Origin: an uncultured delta proteobacterium
GTDB lineage: Bacteria; Myxococcota; Myxococcia; Myxococcales; Myxococcaceae
DNA: 64,000 nt
Assembly: GCA_963776345.1 (NCBI GenBank)
Contig: CAVZMH010000002.1
Location: forward strand, 46,604 to 110,603
Direction of reading: 5' to 3'
This document shows, piece after piece, positions 38,072-46,852 of this stretch. Every line of letters starts with the position of its first letter. Positions within the stretch are counted from its first letter, which is position 1. The notes under the pieces are model-generated. The model saw only the letters and a list, made by a program, of their open reading frames with translations. It was not told the origin of the DNA and searched no databases. The position numbers were made by a program, and so were the translations under genes.

Positions 38072-38970
38072 CCTCCCTCGTGACCGACTTCGTCCACGCC
38101 GACGTGTTCTGGGATGCGCTCCCCGTGGCTCGACGCGTGGCCGACCGCGCCGCCCTGGACGCCCGGCTCGCCGGGCAGCTCGCCGCGGCCGAGGAGCGCT
38201 GGCCCGGGCTCGCCGTCGATCGCCGCCGGTTCGTGGCGCACTGGGCGGCGCAGCTCGCGCGCGCGGGCGACCTCGGGACGGCGCTCGACCAGATCCACCT
38301 CCCGGACCTGTACCTCGCGTTCGCCTGCGCAGAGGGAGACACCGCGGCGCTGCGCGCCTTCGGCACCCTGCTGGGCTCGGTGGCCGGCGCGGTGCGCAGC
38401 GTGGACGCCTCGCCCTCCTTCCTCGACGAGATCCTCCAGCGGCTGCGGACCCGGGTGCTGGTCCCGGAGGAGGGAAAGTCGCCCCGCATCCTCGACTACG
38501 CCGGGCGCGGCTCGCTGGAGAACTGGCTGCGGGCCGGCGCGCTGCGGCTGGCGCTGAACGCCCGGCGTGACGCCCAGCGCGGACCGGAGCAGATGCCCGA
38601 GGCGTCGCTCTGGGAGCCCATGGCCCCGGCCGTGGAGCGCACGTTCGAGCTGCTGCGGGGAGAGTACGCCGCCGATTTCGGCCGGGCGCTGCGCGAGGCG
38701 TTCGGCTCGCTCGAGCCCCAGGAGCGAAACGTGCTCCGGCTGCACTTCATGGAGGGGCTGAGCCTCAACCAGATCGCCGCCATGTACCAGGTGAACAAGT
38801 CCACCATCAGCCGGCGGATGTCACGGGCGCGGGAGACGCTCCTCGAGCGGACCCGGGCGACGCTGGAGCGTACACTGGCGCTCCCCCCCTCCGAGCTGGA
38901 CAGCCTGCTCCAGCAGCTCGGACCGCGGCTCGACCTGAGCCTCACCTCGGTGCTGAACCCGAGCACCTGA
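38068..38970 (+). CDS. Myxobacterial-type ECF/sigma-70 family factor
   Basis: DLYLAFACAEGD..AL..F, Y.GRGSLENWLR, region 4 LEPQERNVLRLHFMEGLSLNQIAAMYQVNKSTISR. GTGA overlap with the kinase. Confidence 0.88.
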   Translation: MTSLVTDFVHADVFWDALPVARRVADRAALDARLAGQLAAAEERWPGLAVDRRRFVAHWAAQLARAGDLGTALDQIHLPDLYLAFACAEGDTAALRAFGTLLGSVAGAVRSVDASPSFLDEILQRLRTRVLVPEEGKSPRILDYAGRGSLENWLRAGALRLALNARRDAQRGPEQMPEASLWEPMAPAVERTFELLRGEYAADFGRALREAFGSLEPQERNVLRLHFMEGLSLNQIAAMYQVNKSTISRRMSRARETLLERTRATLERTLALPPSELDSLLQQLGPRLDLSLTSVLNPST

Positions 38971-38986
38971 GCGAGCGCGCGCCGCC

Positions 38987-39940
38987 TCAGGCCCCGGCGG
39001 GCGCCCGCATGGCCCCGTCCACCGGGCTCGCCTCTCCCTCGGCGGGCTCGGTGTGGACGATCACGTCCACGTCGAGCACCGCGGCGCGGATGGCGTCCTC
39101 GGCGGCGTGGGCGATCTCGTGGGCCAGCTCGACTGGGAGCCCGCGCGCCACCTGGAGGATGACGTCGGCGAAGGTCCTCGGGCCCGAGCGCCGCACCCGG
39201 ACCTGCGAGACGCCGACCACCTGGTCCACCGCGGCGGCGGCGCGGGCGATCGCCTCCAGCAGGCCGGTGGGCGCAGCGTCGAGCAGGTCGTCCACCGACT
39301 TGCGGCCGAGCCGCACACTGACCAGGGCGGCGATGCCCGCGACCCCGAGCGCGGCGATGGCATCGGCGCGCACCAGCCACTCCAGACCGCTCCGGTGCGA
39401 GAACCACACCCCGGCCAGGCCCACCAGCACCACCGCCGAGGACCAGACATCGGTGGAGAAGTGGAGCGCGTCCGCCTCCAGCGCCTGGCTGCGATGCTTC
39501 CTGGCGACGGTGGCCAGGGCCCGCGAGCGGGAGAGGTCCACGACGATCGAGATCGCCATGATCACGAACGACCAGACCGTGGCCTCGACGTGCCTGCCGC
39601 CGACGACCAGCCGCTTGATGGCCTCGTAGGCGATCCACACGCAGGTGGCCAGCAGGAGCCCGGTCTCGAAGAGCGCGGAGAAGTTCTCGATCTTTCCGTG
39701 GCCGTAGAGGTGGTCCTGGTCGGGCGGCTTGGAGGAGGCCCGCACCGCCCAGAAGGTCATCAGCGCGGCGAGCAGGTCGATGCCCGAGTGCGCCGCCTCG
39801 GAGAGGATGCCGATCGAGCCGGTGGCCAGCCCCACCACGACCTTCATGGTGGTGAGGAGGATCGCCGCGCCCACCGACGTGAGGGCGACGAGGTTCTTCT
39901 CCCGCTGGGCCACTGCGGGATCGTGGACGACGGCGACCAT
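38987..39940 (-). CDS. Cation diffusion facilitator family transporter (FieF-like)
   Basis: SEAAHS..D, PPD.DH.YGHGK.E, EADALHFSTD, AHEI, DVIVH.EP. Confidence 0.95.
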   Translation of the reverse strand: MVAVVHDPAVAQREKNLVALTSVGAAILLTTMKVVVGLATGSIGILSEAAHSGIDLLAALMTFWAVRASSKPPDQDHLYGHGKIENFSALFETGLLLATCVWIAYEAIKRLVVGGRHVEATVWSFVIMAISIVVDLSRSRALATVARKHRSQALEADALHFSTDVWSSAVVLVGLAGVWFSHRSGLEWLVRADAIAALGVAGIAALVSVRLGRKSVDDLLDAAPTGLLEAIARAAAAVDQVVGVSQVRVRRSGPRTFADVILQVARGLPVELAHEIAHAAEDAIRAAVLDVDVIVHTEPAEGEASPVDGAMRAPAGA

Positions 39941-39999
39941 GGGCGGGGGGCATGTAACATGAGCCCGCGGGCGAGGGGGGAGATCACCGCCGCGCGAGG

Positions 40000-40350
40000 T
40001 CAGAGCGCGCGCAGGGCGCGGAGGAACCTCGCGAGCCGCTGCTCGTCGCGCCGGTAGAACGTCCACTGCTTGATGCGTCTGGTGCGGACCAGGCCGGCCT
40101 GGACGAGCACCCGCATGTGCTCGCTCACCGTGGGCTGGCTGAGGCCCAGCTTCTCGGCGATGAGGAGGCCGCAGACGCCGTCCGCCTCGAGATCTCCGTC
40201 CACCTGCGGCGGGAAGTGCCTCGTCGGCTCCTTCAGCCAGCGGAGGATCTGCAGGCGGCGCTCGTTGTCCAGCGCCCGGAGCGGGTCGAGGAGATCGGGC
40301 CCGGTGTCCGGCGGCGCCGACGCGACCCTCCTGCGCGCCGGCCGGCTCAC
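40000..40350 (-). CDS. ArsR/SmtB family transcriptional regulator
   Basis: RAL.NERRLQIL.WLK.P..HFP, GVC...I.EKLGLSQPTVSEHM..L..AGLV...RIKQWTFY.R. GTG overlaps the RidA stop. Confidence 0.88.
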   Translation of the reverse strand: MSRPARRRVASAPPDTGPDLLDPLRALDNERRLQILRWLKEPTRHFPPQVDGDLEADGVCGLLIAEKLGLSQPTVSEHMRVLVQAGLVRTRRIKQWTFYRRDEQRLARFLRALRAL

Positions 40351-40727
40351 CTCTGCCGGTCCGCCACGGTCATCTCGATCTCCACCGCGGCGCCCATGGG
40401 CAACTCGCGGACCGCGACCGTCGTCCGGGCGGGGAACGGTTGCCGGAAGTACCTGGCGTAGACCTCGTTCATCGCGCCGAAGGACTCCATGCCGGTGAGG
40501 TAGACACCGACGCGCAGCACGTCGTCGAGCGACGAACCGATGGACTCGAGCAGCGCGCGGATGTTCTCCAGCGTCCGCGCCGTCTGCGCCGCCACGTCTC
40601 CGGAGATCAGCCTCCCGGTCGCGGGGTCCAGGCCCACCTGGCCGCTGAGGTAGATGACTCCCGGCCCGCGCACGCCCGCCGAGAACGGCAGGCCGGGAGA
40701 CCGCTCGCCCTGGATCGCGTCTCGCAT
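40347..40727 (-). CDS. RidA/YjgF family protein
   Basis: PFS, IYLSGQVG, MNEVYARYF, FPARTTV, LPMGAAVEIE; GAAGGAGGAG RBS. Confidence 0.92.
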   Translation of the reverse strand: MRDAIQGERSPGLPFSAGVRGPGVIYLSGQVGLDPATGRLISGDVAAQTARTLENIRALLESIGSSLDDVLRVGVYLTGMESFGAMNEVYARYFRQPFPARTTVAVRELPMGAAVEIEMTVADRQR

Positions 40728-40741
40728 CGCACTCTCCTCCT

Positions 40742-41680
40742 TCAGCGGCCGAAGTCGACCGCGGTGGTGTTCCCGCCGCTGACCACGATGCCCACCCGTT
40801 CGCCGGGACGCGTCCGCACCTTGCCCGCGAGCAGCGCGGCGAAGGCGGCGGCCCCGCCAGGCTCGGCGACGACGCGGAGCAGCTCCCAGAGCCTCCGCTG
40901 TGCGGCGCGGATCTCCTGGTCCGTGACCAGCGCCACCTCCGCCACGGTGTCGCGGAGAACGGGGAACACCCGCTCGCCGATGCGCCGGGGCGCGAGGCTG
41001 TCGGCGGCGATGCTCCCCACCGGGGCGTCGACCGGCCGGCCCGCCTCCAGCGCGCGGGTGAGCGTGGGCGCGCCCTCGGGCTCCACGCCGACCAGCCGCA
41101 CCCGCCGGCCGTACCAGCTGCCGATGCCCGCGAGCAGGCCGCCCCCGCCGACGCCGACCAGCAGCGTCTCCAGCTCCGGCGCCTGCGCCTCGAGCTCGAG
41201 GGCCAGGGTGCCCTGACCGAGGATGGTCTCCTCCTGGTCGAAGGCGTGGATGGGCATCGCCGCGCTGCGCTCGACCCAGGCCTCGCTGGCGGCCAGCGCC
41301 TCCGCGTAGGACTCGCCACCGACCACCAGGTCGGCGCCGTAGCCACGGATGCGGTCGATCTTCGCCGGCGACGAGATGCTGGGGACGAAGATCTTCGCCG
41401 GCACCCCGAGCCGCCTCGCGGCGAAGGCCACCGCCGCCCCGTGGTTCCCTCCCGAGGCGGCCACCACCCCGGCCGGGGGCACCCGGCGCAGCGTGAGGTT
41501 GGCGAACGCGCCGCGGACCTTGAAGGAGCCGGAGTGCTGGAACAGCTCGAGCTTGAGGGTGCCCGTCACCCCGTCCAGACCGAGCTCCTCGCCGGCCACC
41601 TGGACCACCGGCGTGCGCCGGACCTGCCCGCGGATCGCCTGGTGGGTGGCGGTGATGCGCGGCCGGCGGTCGAGGCTCAT
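40742..41680 (-). CDS. PLP-dependent threonine/serine dehydratase family protein
   Basis: KLE.FQ.SGSFKVRGA, ASGGNHG, VGGGGLLAG, EPGGAAA, SGGN. Confidence 0.93.
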   Translation of the reverse strand: MSLDRRPRITATHQAIRGQVRRTPVVQVAGEELGLDGVTGTLKLELFQHSGSFKVRGAFANLTLRRVPPAGVVAASGGNHGAAVAFAARRLGVPAKIFVPSISSPAKIDRIRGYGADLVVGGESYAEALAASEAWVERSAAMPIHAFDQEETILGQGTLALELEAQAPELETLLVGVGGGGLLAGIGSWYGRRVRLVGVEPEGAPTLTRALEAGRPVDAPVGSIAADSLAPRRIGERVFPVLRDTVAEVALVTDQEIRAAQRRLWELLRVVAEPGGAAAFAALLAGKVRTRPGERVGIVVSGGNTTAVDFGR

Positions 41681-41771
41681 GCCCCTCTGTTACTTCGTCG
41701 CTTGGCGAAGTTCCAATACAGCACCGGAGCGCTCGCAGCGGATCAGTCGGACGGCGTATGCTGCACGCCAC

Positions 41772-43153
41772 GTGCGGGGGACCGACGTCCGACAGCGGCT
41801 GGCGGTCTGCGGTGCCCTGGCGCTGCTCGGGGTGCTCTTCGTTTCCGCGACCCGCGCCTGGAACCCGAGGTCGAGGGGCCGCAGCGCGTCGTTCCCGCCG
41901 CGGGTGGTGAGCGGTGACGAACCTCACTACCTCCTCGCGACCAACGCGCTCCTGAGGGGAGACGGATTCTCGGTGCGGGCGGGATACGCGCGCGTCCGGG
42001 CGGGGAGCCAGGAAGCCGGGCTCCGGTTCGCGGGGGTCGGCCTGGACCACCACACCTTGCTGCTGGCTCCCGGTCTCTCCTCGCCCGTGCGCTGGCAGGA
42101 GGCGTATCAGATCTCGAAGCCCAGACCCTGCCCGACCCCGGAGTGCACTCCCTTCACGCCGACCTCGGTGGACTTCGACACGATTCCCGGGGTCCGCGAG
42201 ATTCCCGCGCACCCGCTCGCCTTTCCGTTGCTCGTCGCAGCGCTGCTCCGTCCGTTCGGCCTGGAGCCGGACCGGGTCGAGACGTTCGCCATCACCTGGA
42301 ACGCGGTCCTCGCCTGGCTCGCCACCGTCGCGATCTACGGGGCCGCGCGCGCCAGCGCGTTCTCCCGCCCGAGCGCGCTGGCCGCGGCGCTGGTCTGCGG
42401 CCTGGCCAGTCCCCTCCTCGCCTACGGGCGCGGCTTCTTCCCCGAGGTGGCCATCGGGTGCGCGCTGGCCGTGGCGGCCTGGCTCTTCTTCCGGGGCCGG
42501 CTGGCGCTGTCCGGGGCGGCGTGTGCCGTGGCCTTCGCGCTGAAGCCGCCCTTTGCCCTCGCCGGCGCGGGTCTGGTGGCGGACCGACTGCTGGCCCGGC
42601 AGTGGCGGGAGGCGCTCCGGCTCGGCGCGCCCCTCGCCGGCGGCGTGGCAGTGGTGCTGGTGATGAACCGCTCATCGCCCGGACACCCCTGATCTCCGGC
42701 GTGAACCGGTGGGTCTGGGCTCAGGGGCTCGACGGGCTCCGGTCGACGCTCCTCGAGTCGACGTCGGGCCTCTTGCCCTTCGTCCCCTGGGCGGCGGTGA
42801 GCCTGGGGGCAGCGCTCCTCGGAGTCGTGCGTCCCGGCGCTCCGGGCGCTCCTCCTCGACCCGGCCGGGCGCTCGGGCTGGGAGTGCTCGCCACCCTGGT
42901 GCTGCTCGCGCTCCGCGGGGAAGGCGCCGGAGACTGCTGGGGGCCGCGCTACTGGGTCGGATGGTGCCCGTGGCTCGCGCTGCTCGCGGTGGACTTCGCA
43001 CGACGGGGTGGCCGCCTGCGGGTGCTCGCGATCGGGGTGCTGGTGGCGCTGGCCATCCCCGTCTCGCTCGCGGGCGCCTTCCGCTACCCGGACGTCTGGA
43101 AGCACACGCCCATCGAGACGGTCCGGGCACAGTGGCGATGGTTTCCGCGGTGA
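41772..43153 (+). CDS. Polytopic membrane protein (GT-C glycosyltransferase-like); frameshift near 42669-42671
   Basis: GDEPHY after TM1, SPLLAY...FFPE, K motif. Continues in the 42143 frame (LIARTPL...GLLPFVPW...WGPRYWV...WFPR*). Confidence 0.7.
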
Positions 43154-43233
43154 GGCGCCGGGCTGCGCCCGGCGCCAGCTCCTCCTAGACTCGGGGCCCC
43201 AGCGGACCTCGAGCCGGCCTCCGCTTCCAAGAC

Positions 43234-45342
43234 ATGCACGGGACCCACGAGTTCCTCAAGGCGATCGCCGTCGTGCTCTGCGTGGCCGCGGTGACCACCG
43301 TGCTCTTCCGGAAGCTCAGGCAGCCGGTGGTGCTCGGGTACCTCCTCGCCGGTCTCATCGTCGGCCCGCACGTCCCGATTCCCCTGGTGGCGGACCGTCA
43401 GACGATCGAGGCCCTCTCCGAGCTCGGCGTCATCCTGGTGATGTTCGCGCTCGGCCTGGAGTTCAGCCTCCGGAAGCTGGCGAAGGTCGGGCTCTCCGCC
43501 GGGCTGACGGCCATCTTCGAGTCGAGCATCATGCTCTGGCTGGGGTTCCTCGCGGGCCGCGCGTTCGGCTGGAGCTCGCGGGAGAGCATCTTCGCCGGGG
43601 CGGTGATCGCCATCTCCAGCACCACCATCATCGCCAAGGTCTTCGACGAGCAGCGGATCAAGGGCGGGCTCCGCGAGCTCGTGGTCGGGGTGCTGATCGT
43701 GGAGGATCTGATCGCCATCCTCCTGATGGCGGTCCTCACCGCGATCTCCAGCGGGAGCGACGTGTCGGCCGGCACGCTGCTGGCCTCCAGCGCCCGGCTG
43801 GCCGCGTTCCTGGTGGGCCTGGTCTCGCTGGGGCTCCTGATCGTCCCGCGCACCGTCCGGATGGTCAACCGCCTGAGGCGGCCGGAGACCACCCTGGTGG
43901 CCAGCATCGGCTTCTGCTTCGCCACCGCGCTGCTCGCCCAGGCCTTCGGCTACTCGGTGGCGCTCGGTGCGTTCATCGCCGGCTCGCTGATCGCCGAGTC
44001 CGGCGAGGTGGCCGAGATCGAGCACCTGGTGCTGCCGGTGCGGGACCTCTTCGCGGCCATCTTCTTCGTCTCGGTGGGCATGCTGATCGACCCGGCCCTC
44101 ATCGTCCGGAACTGGCTTCCGGTCACCGTCTTCACCCTGCTGGTCATCGGGGGCAAGGTGCTGGGGGTGACCGTGGGCGCGTTCCTGACGGGAAACGGGA
44201 CCCGGACCGCGCTCCAGGCCGGGATGAGCCTGGCCCAGATCGGCGAGTTCTCGTTCATCATCGCCGCGCTCGGGCTCTCGCTGGGAGCGACCCGCGACTT
44301 CCTCTACCCGGTCGCGGTGGCCGTCTCGGCGATCACCACCTTGACCACCCCCGCGCTCGTCCGCGTCGCCAGCCCGGTCGCGTCCTACGTGGATCGCAAG
44401 CTGCCGCGGCCGATCCAGACCTTCGCCGCGCTCTACGGGACCTGGCTCGAGGAGCTCCGGGCCAGGCCGCCCCGCCAGACGGAGGCCGCGAGAGTGCGCC
44501 GCCTGCTCAGGCTCCAGCTCCTCGATGCGGCGCTCCTCAGCGCGGTGGCGATCGGAACCGCGGTCTCGCTCCCCCACGTGGTGCGGTTCTTCTCGACGCG
44601 GCTGGGCGCCTCCGGGGAGCTGGTGCGGGCGGCGATGCTGGTGGCCGCCGCGGCCCTGGCGGCGCCGCTGGTGGTCGGCCTCTTCCGGATCGCCGGCGCC
44701 CTCGGCGTCGCCCTCGCCGACCGTGCGCTCCCGAAGGCTGGAAGGGGCAAGACGGACCTCGCGGACGCGCCACGGCGGGCGCTGGTGGTCACGGTCCAGC
44801 TGGCGATGGTGCTCCTGGTGGGCCTCCCGGTGCTGGCGCTCACCCAGCCGTTCGTCTCCAGCTGGGTGGCGGCGGCGACCCTCGGCGCGCTCCTCCTGCT
44901 CCTCGGGGTCCACTTCTGGCGGAGCGCCACCAACCTCCAGGGCCACGTGAAGGCGGGGGCCGAGGTCATCGTCGAGGCGCTGATCGCGCGGGCGGGCAGA
45001 CGCGCCGCTCCGGACCGGGCCGCGCTCGAGGGGGTCAGCGAGCTCCTCCCGGGACTCGGGGCGCCGGTCCCGGTGCGTCTGGGCGCCGGAAGCCCGGCGG
45101 TGGGGAAGACCCTCGCCCAGCTCGGCGTGCGCGGCGTCACCGGCGCCTCGGTCCTGGCCATCGTTCGCGGCGAGGCCGGGGTCATCGTGCCCTCGGCGGG
45201 CGAGGTGCTCCGGGCCGGCGACGTCCTGGCGGTCGCCGGGACGCGGGAGGCAGTCGCCGCCGCGGTGGAGCTGCTGAGCCGCGCCCCTCCCCGGGAACCC
45301 GGACCGGTCCAGGACGTCGGCGAAGGCTCGGTCGCTCCCTGA
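43234..45342 (+). CDS. CPA2 cation:proton antiporter with C-terminal TrkA-C/RCK domain
   Basis: QPVVLGYLLAG, LGLEFS, SSTTII.K, LIVEDL, LGAFIAG, AQIGEFSFII, GKTLAQL..R..TGASVLAI.R. Confidence 0.95.
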   Translation: MHGTHEFLKAIAVVLCVAAVTTVLFRKLRQPVVLGYLLAGLIVGPHVPIPLVADRQTIEALSELGVILVMFALGLEFSLRKLAKVGLSAGLTAIFESSIMLWLGFLAGRAFGWSSRESIFAGAVIAISSTTIIAKVFDEQRIKGGLRELVVGVLIVEDLIAILLMAVLTAISSGSDVSAGTLLASSARLAAFLVGLVSLGLLIVPRTVRMVNRLRRPETTLVASIGFCFATALLAQAFGYSVALGAFIAGSLIAESGEVAEIEHLVLPVRDLFAAIFFVSVGMLIDPALIVRNWLPVTVFTLLVIGGKVLGVTVGAFLTGNGTRTALQAGMSLAQIGEFSFIIAALGLSLGATRDFLYPVAVAVSAITTLTTPALVRVASPVASYVDRKLPRPIQTFAALYGTWLEELRARPPRQTEAARVRRLLRLQLLDAALLSAVAIGTAVSLPHVVRFFSTRLGASGELVRAAMLVAAAALAAPLVVGLFRIAGALGVALADRALPKAGRGKTDLADAPRRALVVTVQLAMVLLVGLPVLALTQPFVSSWVAAATLGALLLLLGVHFWRSATNLQGHVKAGAEVIVEALIARAGRRAAPDRAALEGVSELLPGLGAPVPVRLGAGSPAVGKTLAQLGVRGVTGASVLAIVRGEAGVIVPSAGEVLRAGDVLAVAGTREAVAAAVELLSRAPPREPGPVQDVGEGSVAP

Positions 45343-45376
45343 GACGCGCACGCCTCTGCGCTGGAATCGCCGGGCA

Positions 45377-46774
45377 TCACCGGGACCTGGACCACCAGGC
45401 ATACGCCGGCAGCCCGCTACCGATGAGCGCGAGCCCGAGCAGGGAGCGGACCGGCGCCTGGACGAGGGTGACCGCCGCAAGCACCAGGCAGCAGGCGACG
45501 AATCCGCCGGTCATCCAGGGATGCCCCCACGCCCGGGACGGCCTCGGCGCGTCCGGCCGGCGGCGGCGGAGCACGAACACCGCCGAGGCCGTCGCCGCGT
45601 GGAAGAGGACCCCGGCGAAGACCACCGTCGTGTAGAGCTCGGCGTAGGTCCCGGACAGCGCGAGCGCCGCCGCCAGCCCGCCCTGGGCGAGGAGGCTGGT
45701 CGACGGGGTGCGGCGCCGGGGGTCGATCCGCGCCAGCGACCGGAAGAAGACGCCGTCCTCCGCCATGGGCAGGTAGATCCGCGCGCAGCAGAGCACGTTG
45801 GCCGCGAGGCATCCGAACATCGACAGCAGGATGACCACCGAGACTGCACGCGCCGCACCGGGTCCGAGGAGCGCGGCCGCCGCCGCTTCTCCCACCCGCG
45901 CAGACCGGGCGAGCGTGCCCACGTCCAGCGCGCGCAGGTAGACAAAGTTGATGGCCAGGTAGAGCGCGGCGACGATCGCCACCCCGAGCACCAGTCCGCG
46001 GGGCAGGTTCCGCTCGGGCTGGCGGATCTCCCCCGCGGAGAAGGTGAGCATGTACCAGCCGTCGTACGTCCAGAGCACGGCCACCAGACCGAGCCCCACG
46101 CCCCCGACGAGGCTGCCCGACGGCAGCGGCGTCCACCAAGGATGCGCTGACAGCGCCGGAGCTGACAGGCCGATCGCCACCAGGACCGCGAGCGCGCCGA
46201 GCTTGAGCACCGTGGCCACGTTCTGCACCAGCGCGCCTTCTCGCACCCCGAGCCAGTTCACTCCGGTGAGCGCGAGGATGGCCAGCGCGCCGGCGACCTG
46301 CGGCCCCCTGACCGTCCACTCCAGCCAGCCGACATGGACCGAGAGGAGCTCCGTGTCAGCTCCGAGGAGCGGGACGAACGCCCCGAGGTACTCGCCGAAG
46401 CCGACGGCGATGGCCGCGATGCCCCCGGTCATGATCACCAGGAACGAGGTCCAGCCGAAGAGGAAGCCCCAGAGCCGGCCGTAGGCCTCCTTGAGGAAGT
46501 GGTACTGACCGCCCGCGCGGGGAAACATCGCCCCGAGCTCGGAGTAGGCGAGGGCGCCGGCGAGCGCGAAGAGCCCTCCCGCGGCCCAGAGGAGGAGGAT
46601 CATCCCCGGCTGCGGGAGCCGCCGCGCGATGTCGCCGGTGGTGAGGAAGATGCCGCCCCCCAACGTGGCCCCGATGGTGATGAGCGCTCCGTCCACCGCG
46701 CCCAGCGAGCGGACCAGCGTCGCCACCGGCGCGGCGGTGTGCTCGGCCCGGTCCGGGCGGCGTGCGGCGGTCAC
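45377..46774 (-). CDS. APC family amino acid permease
   Basis: IG..LGGGIF, GALAYSELG.MFP.AGG.Y, WTYDGW, AGEI..PERNLP. Confidence 0.94.
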   Translation of the reverse strand: MTAARRPDRAEHTAAPVATLVRSLGAVDGALITIGATLGGGIFLTTGDIARRLPQPGMILLLWAAGGLFALAGALAYSELGAMFPRAGGQYHFLKEAYGRLWGFLFGWTSFLVIMTGGIAAIAVGFGEYLGAFVPLLGADTELLSVHVGWLEWTVRGPQVAGALAILALTGVNWLGVREGALVQNVATVLKLGALAVLVAIGLSAPALSAHPWWTPLPSGSLVGGVGLGLVAVLWTYDGWYMLTFSAGEIRQPERNLPRGLVLGVAIVAALYLAINFVYLRALDVGTLARSARVGEAAAAALLGPGAARAVSVVILLSMFGCLAANVLCCARIYLPMAEDGVFFRSLARIDPRRRTPSTSLLAQGGLAAALALSGTYAELYTTVVFAGVLFHAATASAVFVLRRRRPDAPRPSRAWGHPWMTGGFVACCLVLAAVTLVQAPVRSLLGLALIGSGLPAYAWWSRSR

Positions 46775-46852
46775 AGGGGCGGCATCCTGCCACGGAACCG
46801 GCGGCGGCCCGGTTTGAGGGGCGGCCGTGACCGGGGTAAGCCTCCGGATCGC

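Noticed and set aside
40347..42212. 621-aa and 448-aa minus-strand ORFs
   Set aside because: Only their C-termini (RidA, ArsR) are real; upstream parts overlap the dehydratase in other frames.
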